IMG/VR virus record: IMGVR_UViG_3300042898_003076
Location: 1 to 63,180 of that record
Reading direction: 5' to 3' (one strand)
Source of the DNA: a virus
Lineage: Duplodnaviria > Caudoviricetes
DNA: 63,180 bases
Positions within the stretch are counted from its first letter, which is position 1. The number at the start of each line of letters is the position of its first letter. The position numbers and the translations under genes are program-made. The notes under the pieces are model-generated. The model saw only the letters and a program-made list of their open reading frames with translations, ran no database searches and was not told where the DNA came from. Shown here in pieces: positions 42,235-51,026 of this stretch.

Positions 42235-42495
42235 TTATAATTTACTGTCTAATAGTTTAAGTATGTTTAACCAATTGTGTTTTGTCTTAAAGTATATCTC
42301 CATTGTTGTTGCTCCACCTTTTTCATTCATCAAATATATGTCCAAGCCATATAAATCTGTGTCATCTTTGTAAGAGTAGTAACCCTTAAAGTCTATCTGA
42401 TTAAAGGTGAACATCACATAACCATCTACATATACCTTGACTCTGCCATTGTATATGATTAGATCATACTTGTGATTCTCCTCTTCTTTTGACAT
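42235..42495 (-). CDS. Hypothetical protein (86 aa, likely start MSKEEENH)
   Basis: The ORF-track N-extension overlaps another small gene; ATG at 42495 follows the TAG at 42497-42499. Confidence 0.65.
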   Translation of the reverse strand: MSKEEENHKYDLIIYNGRVKVYVDGYVMFTFNQIDFKGYYSYKDDTDLYGLDIYLMNEKGGATTMEIYFKTKHNWLNILKLLDSKL

Positions 42496-42496
42496 G

Positions 42497-42646
42497 CTAT
42501 TTCTTCTTTGCTGTTTTAGCTGAGTTAATAAATGCTTGTTTAGTAGGAGCACCTTTAGCGCCAACTTTACGCATCTTCTCGCCAGAGCCCGCTGCGATAC
42601 GGGCTTTCTTAGCATGGATGTTTGCATATAATCCTTTCTTAGCCAT
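42497..42646 (-). CDS. Tiny Lys-rich protein (49 aa), not in ORF track
   Basis: MAKKGLYANIHAKKARIAAGSGEKMRKVGAKGAPTKQAFINSAKTAKKK*; TAATG coupling with upstream gene. Confidence 0.8.
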   Translation of the reverse strand: MAKKGLYANIHAKKARIAAGSGEKMRKVGAKGAPTKQAFINSAKTAKKK

Positions 42647-42816
42647 TACTTTTTCTTTTTAGCTTTTACAATACCACCTTTTTTCATAGCAGGTGCTGGA
42701 CCTGTTGATACTTTAGGAGCTTTGTAGTTTTCATAATTGCTAGTTACACCAGAGGTAGTTTTACCTTCTGTCTTGGTGATTGAACCACCTTTGCTTTTTT
42801 TGATTACTTTTTTCAT
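42646..42816 (-). CDS. Tiny Lys-rich protein (56 aa, start MKKVIKKSKGG)
   Basis: Ends AMKKGGIVKAKKKK*; start reassigned from the TTG at 42882. Confidence 0.7.
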   Translation of the reverse strand: MKKVIKKSKGGSITKTEGKTTSGVTSNYENYKAPKVSTGPAPAMKKGGIVKAKKKK

Positions 42817-42820
42817 ACTT

Positions 42821-42946
42821 TTAACGGCCTTGGCCTTTATATTTTTTAACATGTTTTTCTTTGGGTCCACTGCGCTTTGCAAGTTTTCCCACCTTGCGTT
42901 TACCGAAGGTTTGTTTAATTGAGGTTGCTGCAGATTGTTTTGCCAT
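42821..42946 (-). CDS. Tiny Lys-rich protein (41 aa), not in ORF track
   Basis: MAKQSAATSIKQTFGKRKVGKLAKRSGPKEKHVKKYKGQGR*. Confidence 0.7.
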   Translation of the reverse strand: MAKQSAATSIKQTFGKRKVGKLAKRSGPKEKHVKKYKGQGR

Positions 42947-42948
42947 AA

Positions 42949-43086
42949 CTATTTCTTTTTTGCCATTGCCTTGAACGTTCTAGCAAGAGCTTTACGTTTT
43001 GGAGTACAAGTAGGCTTAGTCATGGGGGTGCAGTAACCCTTATGTTTAGGGTTAACTGCATCCTTTATCCAATTCTTTTTAGCCAT
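42949..43086 (-). CDS. Tiny Lys-rich protein (45 aa), not in ORF track
   Basis: MAKKNWIKDAVNPKHKGYCTPMTKPTCTPKRKALARTFKAMAKKK*. Confidence 0.75.
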   Translation of the reverse strand: MAKKNWIKDAVNPKHKGYCTPMTKPTCTPKRKALARTFKAMAKKK

Positions 43087-43256
43087 TACTTTTTCAACTT
43101 TCCGGTTGGCACATCACATGCAGCTTTGTTTAATCCGCCTGTGTAACGAGTTGGGTTAGTAACTACCACTGGAGAAGCATTCTTGCCTCCTGTGTACCTT
43201 GTTGGGTTTGTAACAACCTCAGGAAATTTGTTTTGGGTTTTCATTGTTCCAGCCAT
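43086..43256 (-). CDS. Tiny protein (56 aa) with internal VVTNPTRYTGG duplication, not in ORF track
   Basis: MAGTMKTQNKFPEVVTNPTRYTGGKNASPVVVTNPTRYTGGLNKAACDVPTGKLKK*; TAATG coupling. Confidence 0.7.
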   Translation of the reverse strand: MAGTMKTQNKFPEVVTNPTRYTGGKNASPVVVTNPTRYTGGLNKAACDVPTGKLKK

Positions 43257-43273
43257 TGTATTTATGTTTTAAG

Positions 43274-44290
43274 TTATTGATTCCAATGTTTTTCTAGCTT
43301 CTTGGTTATGTCCACTAGAATTGATTCTTGCAGAGGGTTTTTTAAGAACTCTATACACTCAGCTGCGTTTCTTCCCATTTGAGAAGATGTGTCTGTGTGG
43401 TATATAAAACCATCTGGTTTTGCAGATATTATTTTGTAGAAGGTAGAGTCTTTTACCATGGACTTTATTTTTAAGGTTTCCATGTCTAGCTCTACTGCAT
43501 TTAAGAAAGATTCTGCAGCTCTCTTCAAATTCTTCTCTATGCCTTCACCATTGATGTAACGGTCCATGTTGTCATAAATTACATCATTAGGCGTTTTCTT
43601 CTTGTACTGTACACTATTACCGTCAACAACTTTTGCAACATAAAACAACTTGTTTTGGTTCTTGTTAAACAACTTGTCAAGTTCAGATATAGCTCTGTTT
43701 TTGATTTTCTTAACTTCTGTCTTAGTAGATACAGTGTCAATGTATTTGTCTAAGTAAAACTTAGGTGAGACATTGCGGCTACGTGCAGCTTCAAAAGAAG
43801 GAGCAATCATAGCAAAACCATTTGCTTCTATTGCGTATAACTTGATTAAGTCATAAGGATCTTTAGCAGGATCTAAAGCTACAGGATCATTTCCACAACG
43901 CATTGTTATTTCATTCCAGAACTCATCATTGTCATGACGTAAAAGTTTTAGTTTATTCCAGAATTCAGAATCATTAGGGTCTACAACATTTGCAGCAAGT
44001 TCTCTTTCAAGTTGTGCTACTACCGTGCGGATTTCTTTAATTTTTGCTTCTCTCACTTCTGGATCATTTATAAGTTTTACTTCTGGAGCAAACTCATTTA
44101 ATCCTGTCAAATAACGTTTAATCCCGTTTCTTTCAATACAAGCTAATTGCTCTTGATGAAATACTCCGTCATATAATGATATGCCGTACTTCTCTAAACC
44201 TAAGTTACTCACATTAGGATCAAAGTAAGGCTTTACTGATATGTTCCCGCTTTTTACGTCATACGGGGTAGACACGATTGTTACACTCAT
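43274..44290 (-). CDS. Conserved crAss-like head-module protein downstream of MCP
   Basis: 338 aa; RYLTGLNE...EFW...LDPAKDPYDLIK...IAPS...KFY motifs and synteny. Confidence 0.6.
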   Translation of the reverse strand: MSVTIVSTPYDVKSGNISVKPYFDPNVSNLGLEKYGISLYDGVFHQEQLACIERNGIKRYLTGLNEFAPEVKLINDPEVREAKIKEIRTVVAQLERELAANVVDPNDSEFWNKLKLLRHDNDEFWNEITMRCGNDPVALDPAKDPYDLIKLYAIEANGFAMIAPSFEAARSRNVSPKFYLDKYIDTVSTKTEVKKIKNRAISELDKLFNKNQNKLFYVAKVVDGNSVQYKKKTPNDVIYDNMDRYINGEGIEKNLKRAAESFLNAVELDMETLKIKSMVKDSTFYKIISAKPDGFIYHTDTSSQMGRNAAECIEFLKNPLQESILVDITKKLEKHWNQ

Positions 44291-44334
44291 TTTTGTTGGT
44301 TTTTGTTGGTTTATATTGTTGGTTTGGTAATTAT

Positions 44335-44886
44335 TTATCCCCAGATTCTAACTTGTACATCTGTATTGGTTAATACATTATTCATTGGTAAACCTGTTAT
44401 TGTATTAAAAGCGGTTACTCTATATTGAGTAGGAGATATTATCTCCATATTGATGATAACTCCTAGTTCTGCAACAGGTCCAAAACTTAGAGAAAATCCT
44501 GAAAAACTATTGGGGTTTTCTGGAGCTAATATAAAATCATATACTCCGGGTGTTATTCTACTTGCTGACATGTAAGAATCTGAACACTTAAATCCTTTTT
44601 CTCCGTTGTCTGTACATCTATCATAATCAGCACCATCTACACAATTACAATCACCTGGACTAACTCCTAGTGATGTAAATTTACTAAGTGTCAATGGTGC
44701 CACACCAAGAGTTTCTGTTATACGGTATACTTCTAGAGCTGAGTAGTTACCAAATACTGTAGAATTTAGAGAGTTTACAAGAGAATTAAGATTTTTTAAT
44801 CTAGCTATTTGGTTATCACCTTGACCAGAAAAAAAATTAAAACCTCCTACTACATTAGCATTTACAAATTTTTTTAAGAATGACAT
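44335..44886 (-). CDS. Hypothetical structural protein
   Basis: 183 aa between MCP and head genes; beta-rich C-terminus (RITPGVY...LTNTDVQVRIW). Confidence 0.55.
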   Translation of the reverse strand: MSFLKKFVNANVVGGFNFFSGQGDNQIARLKNLNSLVNSLNSTVFGNYSALEVYRITETLGVAPLTLSKFTSLGVSPGDCNCVDGADYDRCTDNGEKGFKCSDSYMSASRITPGVYDFILAPENPNSFSGFSLSFGPVAELGVIINMEIISPTQYRVTAFNTITGLPMNNVLTNTDVQVRIWG

Positions 44887-44914
44887 AGTTTTATTTTTTA
44901 AAGTTAATAATTAG

Positions 44915-45012
44915 TTCCCGGGCAGAGTTGCGAGCTCTGATATGAACGCATCCCCGGGGAAAAGTGCCTTAGTGAGAAGAGGGAAAGTATGAGAGACCCC
45001 CTTCTCAGGCAC
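44915..45012 (-). ncRNA. Candidate structured RNA element downstream of the MCP stop codon
   Basis: Two adjacent GC-rich folded domains in AT-rich DNA: GTGCCT/AGGCAC enclosing GAGAAGGGGG/CCCTCTTCTC; TTCCC(C)GGG/CCCGGGAA enclosing GATG/TATC and AGAG/CTCT hairpins. Confidence 0.55.
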
Positions 45013-45017
45013 AAGTA

Positions 45018-46643
45018 TTAGAATGATCCACCAGTGATTGGGTTTCTCATAACAATCTTTAGAACCTTGGTAGGATCTTTTACCCAGATAGCTGGCATTG
45101 TTTGAGTCATCATTACACGGTAACCATTAAATTGACCACTTGATTGGAACCCTTGAGTTCTTCCCATGTAGTCCATAGTACCATTTTGGTACCACCATTT
45201 TAATTGATTATCCCAAGATAACTTCAACATGTAGATGTTGTCATTTCCGGTATCAGTGATATCAAAAATGATGAAGCTATAAGATGATAAAGGATTACCA
45301 TCAATGATTGGGTTCTCAATGTCATTTGTATGTAAGTTATCAAACGCTGGGTTTAACACAAACTTCACGTTAGCCAAGAATGGAATAACGTATGAAGTGA
45401 ATGCAAATCCAAAGTTTAAGTCCATACCTTGACCAGAGATAGCACCGATACCATTGTTGCTAGCAGCTTGGATTACTAAACCTGAGTTAACAGCTTCACG
45501 CTTGATAGCCTCATTTACTAATCTCATACCGCCCATACCTGTTTGAACAATGATTTGACGCTTAGGATCTGGACCTTGGAATTCCACACGACCAGCGTAG
45601 AAGTTGTAGATCTCACCGCGGAACAATTCTAAGTTGAAGTTAGACTTGTTATAAACACGCTTAAATGAGTTGTCTAATTGTTTCCAAAGACCTACTGATA
45701 AACGCATATCATCTGGACCATCTTGCTTAACACGTCCACCATGTCCCCACATTAAGTAGGTCTCAATGTCAGTAGCAATCTTAGTTAAGTGAGCAGCTTC
45801 CATAGTAGTTAAGAAAGTACGAGTAAGTGTACCGTTTCCAACAGCACGCTTCAAGTAATCTTTACCCATTCTAGAAGCAATGTCTTCAATCTTAGTGATT
45901 GCTGGATCCATTGACTTGTCAAAGTTTCTCCAGATTTCAGTTACAGGAACTGTACCATCTGCATTCATACCACCTTTGATCATCATGTCAGCACGAGAGC
46001 TGATTGAATAATGAACATGTGCTTCTGCTCCTCCTACGAAGTTGTAGAATTCACGGAAACCAGCACGAGTTTGGATGTCAGAGAATCTTTCACCATACTC
46101 ACCTCTAGCAGAACCTTTACGGAACACTTTAGTTTGAGGAACTAAATACTTGTTCTCTAAAAACTTATAACTGTCATTGTTTACTAATTGCACAGTGTAA
46201 ATGAAACCATCACCTAAAGGTAAGATGTCATCTGCAGTGATGTACAATTCAGCTCCGTTGAACTTATCATAAGTGATGATATCACCATGACCAAATTCTC
46301 TACGGTTGATTTTGATTTTGAAAGTTGTACCGTCAATACCTTTAAAAGCATTACCTGGTTCAATATCTTCCATAATGTAAGCTAAGTCCTGTGATATAGG
46401 AGTTTGCCATTTGTATTCACCACGGGCATTGTCTACCATGATGATGTTTTTACCACCAAAAGATGATAATTGGTACAAAGGCATTTCAACTTTTTGGGTC
46501 ATTGCCCAAATGTCTACTGGACCCAAGTCCATTGGTTCAGAGTCTTTTAACATATTCACTAAGTGATATGAGTCTACGTGTGAACTTGCAGCGTACTGCG
46601 TATCACGTAAGAAGAGACCGTTGTTTAATACTGGAGTGCTCAT
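45018..46643 (-). CDS. Major capsid protein
   Basis: 541 aa; portal-scaffold-MCP synteny; DIETYLMWG...GLWKQL, VQTGMGGM and AIWVKDPTK motifs of crAss-like MCPs. Confidence 0.85.
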   Translation of the reverse strand: MSTPVLNNGLFLRDTQYAASSHVDSYHLVNMLKDSEPMDLGPVDIWAMTQKVEMPLYQLSSFGGKNIIMVDNARGEYKWQTPISQDLAYIMEDIEPGNAFKGIDGTTFKIKINRREFGHGDIITYDKFNGAELYITADDILPLGDGFIYTVQLVNNDSYKFLENKYLVPQTKVFRKGSARGEYGERFSDIQTRAGFREFYNFVGGAEAHVHYSISSRADMMIKGGMNADGTVPVTEIWRNFDKSMDPAITKIEDIASRMGKDYLKRAVGNGTLTRTFLTTMEAAHLTKIATDIETYLMWGHGGRVKQDGPDDMRLSVGLWKQLDNSFKRVYNKSNFNLELFRGEIYNFYAGRVEFQGPDPKRQIIVQTGMGGMRLVNEAIKREAVNSGLVIQAASNNGIGAISGQGMDLNFGFAFTSYVIPFLANVKFVLNPAFDNLHTNDIENPIIDGNPLSSYSFIIFDITDTGNDNIYMLKLSWDNQLKWWYQNGTMDYMGRTQGFQSSGQFNGYRVMMTQTMPAIWVKDPTKVLKIVMRNPITGGSF

Positions 46644-46684
46644 TTCTTTTTTTTTGTTTTAGGGTTTATAATTTATTACTGGGT

Positions 46685-46840
46685 TTATTTCTTTTTTGCT
46701 CCGCCCATTTTCATTTTAGGCTTAGTCATTCCGCCCATTTTTTTTGATGGGATAGCACCTTTAGGTGGAGTGTTTGATGGTGCCATACCACCTGTTCCTA
46801 CAGTGCTTTTTTTTGTTGTGATTGTTTTCTTTGATTTCAT
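46685..46840 (-). CDS. Tiny Lys-rich protein (51 aa) with KMGG repeats, not in ORF track
   Basis: MKSKKTITTKKSTVGTGGMAPSNTPPKGAIPSKKMGGMTKPKMKMGGAKKK*. Confidence 0.7.
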   Translation of the reverse strand: MKSKKTITTKKSTVGTGGMAPSNTPPKGAIPSKKMGGMTKPKMKMGGAKKK

Positions 46841-46859
46841 TGTTATATTGTTTTAAGGT

Positions 46860-48122
46860 TTAACGTTTAAAAAATCCGCTTGTGTTTGTACGAGAAAGTC
46901 TTGGTCCTGTTTTAGCAGGTGCTTCATCATCCGGTGTATAAGATGCTATTTTGTTTTTCTCTTCAGACTTCAGTTTACGTACTGTTTCAGCTACTACTTC
47001 TTTCTTATTGTTCTCACGTACTTTAGACTTGTACCCATCTGGGTCAGCAAGTAACCAAAGTGCTTCAGAAAGTAAACTATGATTAGGTTCTACGTACTGA
47101 TACTTCTCTAGTAGATGACCTAGTAAGTTAGTAGGTCTTCCAGAAACAGAAGGATAGTTAACTTGAGTAAGTCCGGTGAAGAGAAGGTTTTGTGTTTTTC
47201 TGTCTAGTTTTATTCCGTTTAAATCACCTGGCTCAAGTATTTTATAAACACTGTCCATATAGTGTTGAGCTTGTTCAGCTTGTTGATGGCGTAAAGCTTC
47301 TTGTTGTTGTAGTTTGTATGCAACCTGTCTTTCAGTCATTGCATCTAACTTTGGCTTAAATTTAGCAGCTTTAGCCTCAATTTCACCTCTATCGTCCCAT
47401 GCTACAATCTCTTCTTCTATTTCTTCTACTGTACCAAAGTTTGTAGCTTGTAAGTAGCTACGTACTATATGTTTAGCATCACCCTCATTACCTGGATCCA
47501 TTTGACGTACTTCCTCAACTTGAGCTAAAGTTCTGAATAGACTTTTAAGGTCTGTTCCTCCGTCATTGATGTACTTGTAGGCAAATTGAAACTCTTCAGG
47601 TAAAGCTTTAAAAAAATCTTTAGTAACTTCATTACCAAGCTTTTCTTCTTTGTCTGAAAAATTAGCTTCAATTAGTTCTTCAAAATCTTTTAAACTGTAC
47701 TTGCTGATATCTTCATCTTCACCTTTGTCATTTTGAAAAGGTACAAGTAATCCTTTCTCAATAAGTTTACTGGTTAGTTCTACAAGACCTTCTTTTTGAA
47801 GTGTTGGTCTTCCTGTTTTTTTAGTCTCATCTTCTTCAGCTGTCATGTTGATAAGATCATCAACTTCTTGTTTAGAAACTGAAGGTGCAGCGGCTGCTGC
47901 AGATTCTGATTTTCCTGGTTCTGTAGACTCTGCTTTTGCAGATTCCATTTTTTCAGGCTTGTCAAGGAACGATAGGTCTTCTGTTTTTCTGCTAAACAAT
48001 GATTGTTTAGCGGGTTCTGCAGAACCTGTTGAAGGTAGCATAACACTGTCACCAATGTTTAAGATCTGATCCAGATCCATATCTACTGTTTCAACACTTG
48101 TTGTTTCTTTGTTTTCACTCAT
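46860..48122 (-). CDS. Probable capsid scaffolding protein
   Basis: Acidic, helical 420-aa protein between portal and MCP. Confidence 0.65.
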   Translation of the reverse strand: MSENKETTSVETVDMDLDQILNIGDSVMLPSTGSAEPAKQSLFSRKTEDLSFLDKPEKMESAKAESTEPGKSESAAAAAPSVSKQEVDDLINMTAEEDETKKTGRPTLQKEGLVELTSKLIEKGLLVPFQNDKGEDEDISKYSLKDFEELIEANFSDKEEKLGNEVTKDFFKALPEEFQFAYKYINDGGTDLKSLFRTLAQVEEVRQMDPGNEGDAKHIVRSYLQATNFGTVEEIEEEIVAWDDRGEIEAKAAKFKPKLDAMTERQVAYKLQQQEALRHQQAEQAQHYMDSVYKILEPGDLNGIKLDRKTQNLLFTGLTQVNYPSVSGRPTNLLGHLLEKYQYVEPNHSLLSEALWLLADPDGYKSKVRENNKKEVVAETVRKLKSEEKNKIASYTPDDEAPAKTGPRLSRTNTSGFFKR

Positions 48123-48162
48123 GGTTTTTGTTGTTGGTTGGTTTTAATTGACTGACTCTATA

Positions 48163-48203
48163 CTTAATATAACAAAATTATGCAAATAAACTTTAAAAAT
48201 TTG
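48163..48203 (-). promoter_or_regulatory. Putative promoter (TTATATTAAG) for scaffold/MCP
   Basis: Same TATATTAA core as other intergenic sites, with an adjacent AAACTTT element. Confidence 0.45.
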
Positions 48204-48250
48204 CTTTATTTTAAAACTCATATAAAATTTTTTGCAGTATAACGCTAACT

Positions 48251-51022
48251 TTATTTTTTCTTCTTTGGTGGATTTTTCTTTGACACGTCAAAACGGTTCT
48301 TGTTTTCACGGGCTATGTTTAAATCCATCTGCTTCATGGTCATTTGAGCTTGTATTTTTTCTTTGGCTATAGTGTTTTTCTCACGGGCTAAGTTAACCTT
48401 AGTTCCTTCTTTCTGTTGATCAAAGCTCATCACTTGTTGAAACTCATCAGTCTCTTTAATTTTGTCCATAGCATCCACATAGTCAGACTGCATGTTCTGA
48501 TTAATGTCTTGCATGGAACCATAACCTGCAGATTTGATTTCAGCTGCAAGAAGAGTTGTTCTGTTACGCATTTCTTCTTTACGCATCTCAGCATCAATCT
48601 CCATTTGTTTTTGTTGAAGAGCTGTTTGCTGAGCTTGTTCTTGCATTTGTTGTTCATGCTGCATTTGCTCTTGACGTTGCTCACTAGCTTTACGGTCTGT
48701 AGCTTTTAAGATGTTGTTTAATTCAGCAAGAGATTCTGTCTGCATGATATTACCTAGGTCAAAGATAGTTGCTCCTGTAGTGTTGTTACCTAAAACCATT
48801 TGCTTCATTTGTTCTAATATAGAACGTTGATTTGCTTTTGTTGTACAATAAATGTTTAAGTCCCTGAGGAGAAGATCCGTGCCATTGATTTCAAAATTCA
48901 CTTTCTCTTCACTGCTTGTAACATACTGTAAACGTAAAGAAGGTTTAGTTGAATGATAATGTTGTGCAATGTCTGTACGCATCTGATGTACGCGTGGCAT
49001 CAAGTAATCACAATGCTGAATAAAGTAAACTTCAGTCTGAGCATATGATCCTGTTACAGCCTGCTCAATACCTTTTGCAGTATCTGTTTGACCTATTTGT
49101 TGACCAAGACGTTGAGGAGTTATACCAATAACTTCAAAGCATTGTTGCTTAAAGTAATTGGCCATTTGAATCCTGGAAAGCATACGTTGTGTTTGCTCTA
49201 GGTTCAAAGTTTGGAAGTGTTGGAAGTTAAGAGGATTTTCAGTGTTTGTTATAGACGTGTCCAATGGTAACATCTGGAAGTTCTTCATGGCAACATAAGC
49301 TTTAGCTAAGTTGTTTTTTCCCCAATCTTCACCTAATGAATGGCGGGGTAACGCGTTCTGATCCAACAGAATTACGGTTCCCAGCTCATCCACTAGTATG
49401 TCAGCAATTTGATTGTTGACAATGTTGTAGCCAATCTGGAATGGTTTCATTAAGTCAACCATTGCAGTTGAACGTGTATTACGGTCATTGAATACAGCTC
49501 CTTCTACAGGAAGCTTGCATCCATAAAGCGTATTATCACCTTTGAACTGGAATTTTAGAGGTCCTATTTTGTTTTTGTCTACACCTAAGTACATTGGGTT
49601 TATACCTCCAGGATTGTTCATACCCCAGAAGGAAGGATGATTTGGTCCAATTTTTACACCACCCCAAACTTCATTGATGTATATCCAATCTATGTGTTCA
49701 CCAAATACTAAGGTGTCTTTGGTTTTGTTTTTAATTAATCTGTTGTTATAAACAGGTTTATCTGTGATCTCATAACTTTCATCAATTATGTCTGTGATAG
49801 TTTCACCTGACTCAGAGATTTTTGTTAAGTGTCCTACTTTTCTTTGTGATTTCCAATAAGCTGTAGTTACACGGAGTAAGAAAGCTGCACCCATAGGAGC
49901 GTAATCTTCACTCTCAGACATAATCCAATTTATTATATCTCCACCAGGAGCAATGGAGTTGTCCCACATTGAAGTGTATTGACGGTAAGCAAGACCTGGC
50001 ATGTTAGTGTTCCAGTCATGAGACTTAGTAGCATCATAATAAGAACCGTCATTTTGGTATCCTTGTAAAGGATAACCTGCAGATCTTACCGGGTAGATGG
50101 CTTCAATAGACTCCATTTGTTCTTGAGTCATCATGTAACCATACTTGTCAACCACGTCAGCAATAGTCATCATGTCTATACGACCAACCCAGTTACCTTG
50201 AGAAATGTAACGGGCATCTGGTGACTTGTGGTAGAAGCTAAGAACAGGGTTCCATAATTCTACTTCATAGTCATCTTCACCCATTTTAAAATGCCAGAAC
50301 TCACGGTCAGTAATAAGCATATCTCTGAAAGCTCTTTCTTCTAATTCATCCATATGAAAACGGTCTTCATCAACTTTCATTTGATGAGCAGCCCATTGTT
50401 CACACATACTTCTGTAATCTTTGTCAAAAAAGCTTTGTATTTCAGGAAGAGTTTTAAGATTCTCTGGAGACATTTGTTGTTGCATTTGCTGTTGAACTTC
50501 AGGATCATTAGGATCCAGACCTTGTTCTAGCATTTGCGTAAGAAGTTTTTGTTCAGCTTGTTGATATAAAACATTTTCTACAGCTTGTCTTTTTGCTTCT
50601 AGTTGTTCATTGTATGAAAATTCATCAACTCCTCTAAACGTGGTTTTTGTATTACGTTTAGCAAACTCTGATGTGAGAACGTTTATAACATTAGGGATAA
50701 TAGGATAAAACTTTAATTCTAAAGCTGTTGCATCTTCTTGAACAAGAGTCTCTACAAGATCTCTCATTTCATTATCTGGTTCAACAATGTAGTCTGCTTT
50801 ATCAATTACACCTTTTGCAAGTTTGTAATTCTTCATTAGCCTACGGGCGTTTCTACGGATTTGTTTTAATCCGTTCCACTCAAGCCAATCCAAGTTCCAT
50901 GCTGTCCATTCATCATCTTTTTCTTTTCTTGGAATAAACTGAATAGGCTGTGTTATACTTCCCATCCGGTTGTATTCGGATTTGGCCCCAGCCTTTAATT
51001 GCATTGCGTTTAGTACTTTCAT
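48251..51022 (-). CDS. Portal protein
   Basis: 923 aa directly after terminase; YPIIPNVINVL, NEVWGGVKIG, KPFQIGYNI and GITPQRLGQ motifs with C-terminal coiled-coil barrel. Confidence 0.85.
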   Translation of the reverse strand: MKVLNAMQLKAGAKSEYNRMGSITQPIQFIPRKEKDDEWTAWNLDWLEWNGLKQIRRNARRLMKNYKLAKGVIDKADYIVEPDNEMRDLVETLVQEDATALELKFYPIIPNVINVLTSEFAKRNTKTTFRGVDEFSYNEQLEAKRQAVENVLYQQAEQKLLTQMLEQGLDPNDPEVQQQMQQQMSPENLKTLPEIQSFFDKDYRSMCEQWAAHQMKVDEDRFHMDELEERAFRDMLITDREFWHFKMGEDDYEVELWNPVLSFYHKSPDARYISQGNWVGRIDMMTIADVVDKYGYMMTQEQMESIEAIYPVRSAGYPLQGYQNDGSYYDATKSHDWNTNMPGLAYRQYTSMWDNSIAPGGDIINWIMSESEDYAPMGAAFLLRVTTAYWKSQRKVGHLTKISESGETITDIIDESYEITDKPVYNNRLIKNKTKDTLVFGEHIDWIYINEVWGGVKIGPNHPSFWGMNNPGGINPMYLGVDKNKIGPLKFQFKGDNTLYGCKLPVEGAVFNDRNTRSTAMVDLMKPFQIGYNIVNNQIADILVDELGTVILLDQNALPRHSLGEDWGKNNLAKAYVAMKNFQMLPLDTSITNTENPLNFQHFQTLNLEQTQRMLSRIQMANYFKQQCFEVIGITPQRLGQQIGQTDTAKGIEQAVTGSYAQTEVYFIQHCDYLMPRVHQMRTDIAQHYHSTKPSLRLQYVTSSEEKVNFEINGTDLLLRDLNIYCTTKANQRSILEQMKQMVLGNNTTGATIFDLGNIMQTESLAELNNILKATDRKASEQRQEQMQHEQQMQEQAQQTALQQKQMEIDAEMRKEEMRNRTTLLAAEIKSAGYGSMQDINQNMQSDYVDAMDKIKETDEFQQVMSFDQQKEGTKVNLAREKNTIAKEKIQAQMTMKQMDLNIARENKNRFDVSKKNPPKKKK

Positions 51023-51026
51023 GGTC

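Noticed and set aside
44900-45020. Readthrough of the MCP stop into the next gene, or a hammerhead/HDV ribozyme
   Set aside because: The readthrough frame stops again at TAA before 44886; CTGATATGA is not the CUGANGA core and I could not fit HDV topology.
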